Positions 60,803 to 64,000 of a DNA stretch of 64,000 nucleotides are shown one piece after another; position 1 is the first letter of the stretch; each line of letters starts with the position of its first letter. This DNA comes from an uncultured Puniceicoccaceae bacterium. Lineage in GTDB: Bacteria; Verrucomicrobiota; Verrucomicrobiia; Opitutales; Oceanipulchritudinaceae. Location of the stretch: NCBI GenBank assembly GCA_963933835.1, contig CAWVVV010000001.1:480001-544000 (forward strand). The letters run 5' to 3'. The position numbers and the translations under genes were made by a program. Under the pieces are notes generated by a model, which saw only the letters and a program-made list of their open reading frames with translations, did no database searches and was not told the origin of the DNA.

Positions 60803-62270
60803 CGCCCTCCGCGAAGTCATCCTCAGCCCATGGGGTCTCCTCCTCGCCTTCTTTTTCTTCAGTTTCTCCATCTTCATTCACGAAATGGGACACTACCTCG
60901 CCGCTCGATGGCGCGGACTAAAGATTGAGCGCTTCTCCATCGGCATGGGACCGCGCGTCTTCGGATGGACTGATAAGCACGGCGTCGAGTGGCGTCTCTC
61001 CGCCATCCCTCTCGGCGGCTATGTCATGCTCCCGCAAATGACAGACATGAAAGTTGTCGAAGGGACTCCAGACGATGACGCAGCGGCGCTTCCCAAACTC
61101 TCATGGACAGATAAAGTCGTCGTGGCTGTCGCCGGCGCCGTCTTCAACGTCATCTTCGCTTTCTGCCTCGGGACCATCCTATGGCAAACAGGGATCCCGC
61201 GTGAAGCGTGGCAGGACTCAACCGTTCTCGGGTATGTCGCCGAAGAAATCACGACGGAGGATGACATCACAATTCCCGGTCCAGCCTACGCCGCTGGGCT
61301 CCGGCCCGGGGACGACATTCAATCTGTCGATGGGCGCACCGTAGCCAACTTCGACGACATCTTTACAAGCATCCTCATGGGCAGCGACCGTGATGAAAGC
61401 GGTAACCCGCGAGTCTTGGTCGAGTATCTCCGCGACGGAGAGCAACAATCCGCATCCATCATCCCCACCGTTGGTGGCCTCGAAAAAATCCGCCAAGTCG
61501 GAATCATGACACAGGATCCCGTCGTTGTGGATTATGCATATACTAATAGTCCGGCGGAGCAAGCAGGCCTGCAGAGCGACGACGAAATCATCGCAATCAA
61601 TGGTGAGGCGATTTACAACCGGTCAGGTCTTATCAGCCAAGTTCAGAAAAATCCTGACGAGCAATTCATCATGACGATAAAGCGGGGCGAGCTTACATTG
61701 GAAATGCCGATCGTCCCCATAACGATTCCTGTTAGTGCCGCTGGTGATATGGCGCCGATGATCGGTGTCAGGTTTTTTACTACATTTTCCACCGACAACA
61801 AGATCCCTCCCCACAAGCAGGTCTGGAACATCGTCACACTCACCTATCGGACTCTCGATGCCCTCCTGAGCCCCAGCAGTAATGTCGGCCTTCGTAACCT
61901 AAATGGCCCTGTCGGAATTCTAAACGCCCTCAAAATCACCGCCGAGCAAGGTTTTCTGATGCTTCTCTATCTCGTGGTCCTGATCAACGTGAACCTAGCA
62001 GTCGTCAATCTACTCCCTCTCCCAATTCTTGACGGCGGTCACATCGTCATCGCCACGATACAAAAGCTCATTGGTAAACCCGTCCCAGCGAGGGTCATCA
62101 TCGCACTCCAAAACGGCATGGCGATCTGCCTCCTCGGGATGGTCGTCTACATCACCTATTTCGATGTTCGTCGGATCGGCCAAGGGATCAGCGATGAGCC
62201 TGAAGCAGCTGCGACATCCGAGCCTTTCGAAATCAGTTTCCCAGCTACAACAGCATCAAATGATGAATGA
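60789..62270 (+). CDS. rseP: RIP metalloprotease RseP (M50, two PDZ domains)
   Basis: HEMGH, FSIGMG, PLGGYV and NLLPLPILDGGH motifs. Confidence 0.95.
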   Translation: MEFLNALREVILSPWGLLLAFFFFSFSIFIHEMGHYLAARWRGLKIERFSIGMGPRVFGWTDKHGVEWRLSAIPLGGYVMLPQMTDMKVVEGTPDDDAAALPKLSWTDKVVVAVAGAVFNVIFAFCLGTILWQTGIPREAWQDSTVLGYVAEEITTEDDITIPGPAYAAGLRPGDDIQSVDGRTVANFDDIFTSILMGSDRDESGNPRVLVEYLRDGEQQSASIIPTVGGLEKIRQVGIMTQDPVVVDYAYTNSPAEQAGLQSDDEIIAINGEAIYNRSGLISQVQKNPDEQFIMTIKRGELTLEMPIVPITIPVSAAGDMAPMIGVRFFTTFSTDNKIPPHKQVWNIVTLTYRTLDALLSPSSNVGLRNLNGPVGILNALKITAEQGFLMLLYLVVLINVNLAVVNLLPLPILDGGHIVIATIQKLIGKPVPARVIIALQNGMAICLLGMVVYITYFDVRRIGQGISDEPEAAATSEPFEISFPATTASNDE

Positions 62271-62347
62271 TTAATTACGAGAATGGTGAATGTTTCCACT
62301 ATCCCGTGAGCACTCATTCATCACTCATCATTCAAAATTCATCATTC
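62258..62347. repeat. Heptamer-repeat inverted element, copy 2
   Basis: Left: AAATGAT GAATGAT TAATTAC GA GAATGGT GAATGTT. Right: CTCATTC ATCACTC ATCATTC AAAATTC ATCATTC. Ends 2 nt before the ispG ATG. Confidence 0.85.
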
Positions 62348-62349
62348 AA

Positions 62350-64000
62350 ATGACGTCTCCTTACTGCAGCTCACGTTTCACGACAATTCGCCGCGACGCG
62401 CGTGCCGTTCAGATTGGCAGTGTCGGAATCGGAGGGGGAAATCCGATACGTATCCAGTCGATGACGACAACCCCGACTTTGGACATTGAGGCTACAGTCA
62501 AACAGTCTATCCAGCTCGCCGAAGCCGGTTGCGAGATCATCCGCGTTACCGCGCAAAACGTCAAAGCGGCTGAAGCACTCGAAGGCATTCGCGAACAATT
62601 CAGTTCTGCTGGTTTTGGAGACATCCCCCTCGTAGCGGACATTCACTTTCTTCCCTCCGCCGCGATGGAGGCCGCAAAGTGGGTCGAGAAAGTTCGGATC
62701 AATCCAGGCAACTACGCCGACAAAAAGAAATTCGCTCAACGCGAGTATTCAGATTCTCAATACGATGAAGAGATCGAGCGCCTCCACGAAGCCTTCTCTC
62801 CAATTGTCCTGCGCTGCAAAGAGCTAGGGCGCGCAATGCGCATCGGCACAAACCATGGCAGCCTGAGCGACCGAATCATGAACCGCTACGGCGATTCACC
62901 GCTTGGCATGGCTGAGAGCGCCTTAGAGTTTCTACGCATCGCCGGGAGTCACAATTTCCACAGCATCGTCCTCTCGATGAAGGCCAGTAATCCGAAGGTC
63001 ATGATTCAGGCCTATCGCCTCATCGTCTCAAAGATGTTGGCTGAGGACATGCATTACCCTCTTCACCTTGGGGTGACGGAGGCTGGCGATGGTGACGACG
63101 CTCGGATCAAAAGTGCTATCGGCATTGGAAGCCTGCTCAATGATGGGCTCGGCGACACCATTCGTGTTTCACTTACCGAAGATCCTGTCCACGAACTACC
63201 CGTCGCCCGTGATCTCGCGGACAAAGCGATGGCAATGTGGCTAGACAGCGCGCCGCGCACAGCGCCGGACCCAATCGATCCTTACACCTATCAACAACGC
63301 AGAGTAGAATCGATCACACTCGGAGAGAAATCGACAATTGGACCTCTTGAGCCACCGCGGGTCGTCTATCAGGCTCGCGACATCATCGATCTTTCAGACT
63401 TACAAAAGAAGCTTGGAGACGCGAAGATTGAAGGACTTCTGATCGATACGCGATTCCACGGTGGACTTTCGCAAATCAGTCAACTCACAGGCAGCTACCG
63501 CACCCGAGTCGATTTCATCATCTGGCAACTGAGCAACGACGATGCCCGCGAACTACTGCCTACACCTTGGGCAGGGAAAACGCGCGATGCGCTCCTTATT
63601 GCGCCCACATCCGAGAATACTCAGCTTCTTGGAGACCTCATCCGCTACGTCACGGAGCATGACCTCGTCCTAGCCCTCGACACGACACCAGAAGTCATCT
63701 CCGAACTTTCAGCCGTCCTCTCTGGCGCCCCGAGCGAGCGCCTTATCTTCACATTCGATGCCCGCCATGCTATCGACCGTATCCATAGTTTGGGACGCTA
63801 TCGACAATTCACCGAGACGATCGACGCTATTGGTCTCACTTCTCCCATCTGGATACGCAATACCCCAGGCAGCAATCCAGCCGCCAAGCCCTACTTTGGC
63901 GATCAACTGCTAGAAGCAAGCATCCTCACGGGTGCGCTTCTTTGCGACGGCATCGGCGATATTGTCAGCGTCGAGACAGTGAAAGATCCTCAACAAGCGG
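62350..64000 (+). CDS. ispG: (E)-4-hydroxy-3-methylbut-2-enyl-diphosphate synthase, long three-domain form (runs off window end)
   Basis: Manual translation from ATG 62350: IRIQSMTTT, PLVADIHF, VRINPGN, RIGTNHGSLS, LHLGVTEAG and GDTIRVSLTE, then an insertion domain. Confidence 0.96.
   Translation, partial: MTSPYCSSRFTTIRRDARAVQIGSVGIGGGNPIRIQSMTTTPTLDIEATVKQSIQLAEAGCEIIRVTAQNVKAAEALEGIREQFSSAGFGDIPLVADIHFLPSAAMEAAKWVEKVRINPGNYADKKKFAQREYSDSQYDEEIERLHEAFSPIVLRCKELGRAMRIGTNHGSLSDRIMNRYGDSPLGMAESALEFLRIAGSHNFHSIVLSMKASNPKVMIQAYRLIVSKMLAEDMHYPLHLGVTEAGDGDDARIKSAIGIGSLLNDGLGDTIRVSLTEDPVHELPVARDLADKAMAMWLDSAPRTAPDPIDPYTYQQRRVESITLGEKSTIGPLEPPRVVYQARDIIDLSDLQKKLGDAKIEGLLIDTRFHGGLSQISQLTGSYRTRVDFIIWQLSNDDARELLPTPWAGKTRDALLIAPTSENTQLLGDLIRYVTEHDLVLALDTTPEVISELSAVLSGAPSERLIFTFDARHAIDRIHSLGRYRQFTETIDAIGLTSPIWIRNTPGSNPAAKPYFGDQLLEASILTGALLCDGIGDIVSVETVKDPQQA

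Noticed and set aside
59586..62347. CRISPR interpretation of the heptamer repeats
   Set aside because: The units are 7 nt in tandem with no spacers, and there are no cas genes in the window.

Overview
This is a mostly housekeeping bacterial window, probably from Verrucomicrobiota (Opitutales-like). That assignment is inferred from gene order and content: ileS-dksA-lspA, secG-LolA-like-uppS-cdsA-dxr-rseP-long ispG, a stand-alone Cys-free rpsR, and an exosortase with a wza/wzc/beta-barrel EPS module. It holds about 60 CDS for central, shikimate, MEP and glycogen (glgM/glgE) metabolism, the envelope and translation. I found no rRNA, tRNA, CRISPR array, transposase or prophage. The best novel signals are non-coding. 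(1) A candidate ~105-nt sRNA on the minus strand between lspA and hup has a GG-N10-GC sigma-54 promoter, two hairpins and its own terminator. (2) Two homologous ~90-bp heptamer-repeat inverted elements sit directly upstream of the start codons of the MEP genes dxr and ispG. Also notable are three frameshifted genes (exosortase, class I-beta DAHP synthase, Hpt protein; two fixable by one extra T in a T-run, so possibly assembly errors), two gene remnants, a Cys-free ATE/Bpt-like transferase, a 31-aa membrane peptide and a 9-bp VNTR in wza. I cannot support a large new multi-gene system from this sequence alone.
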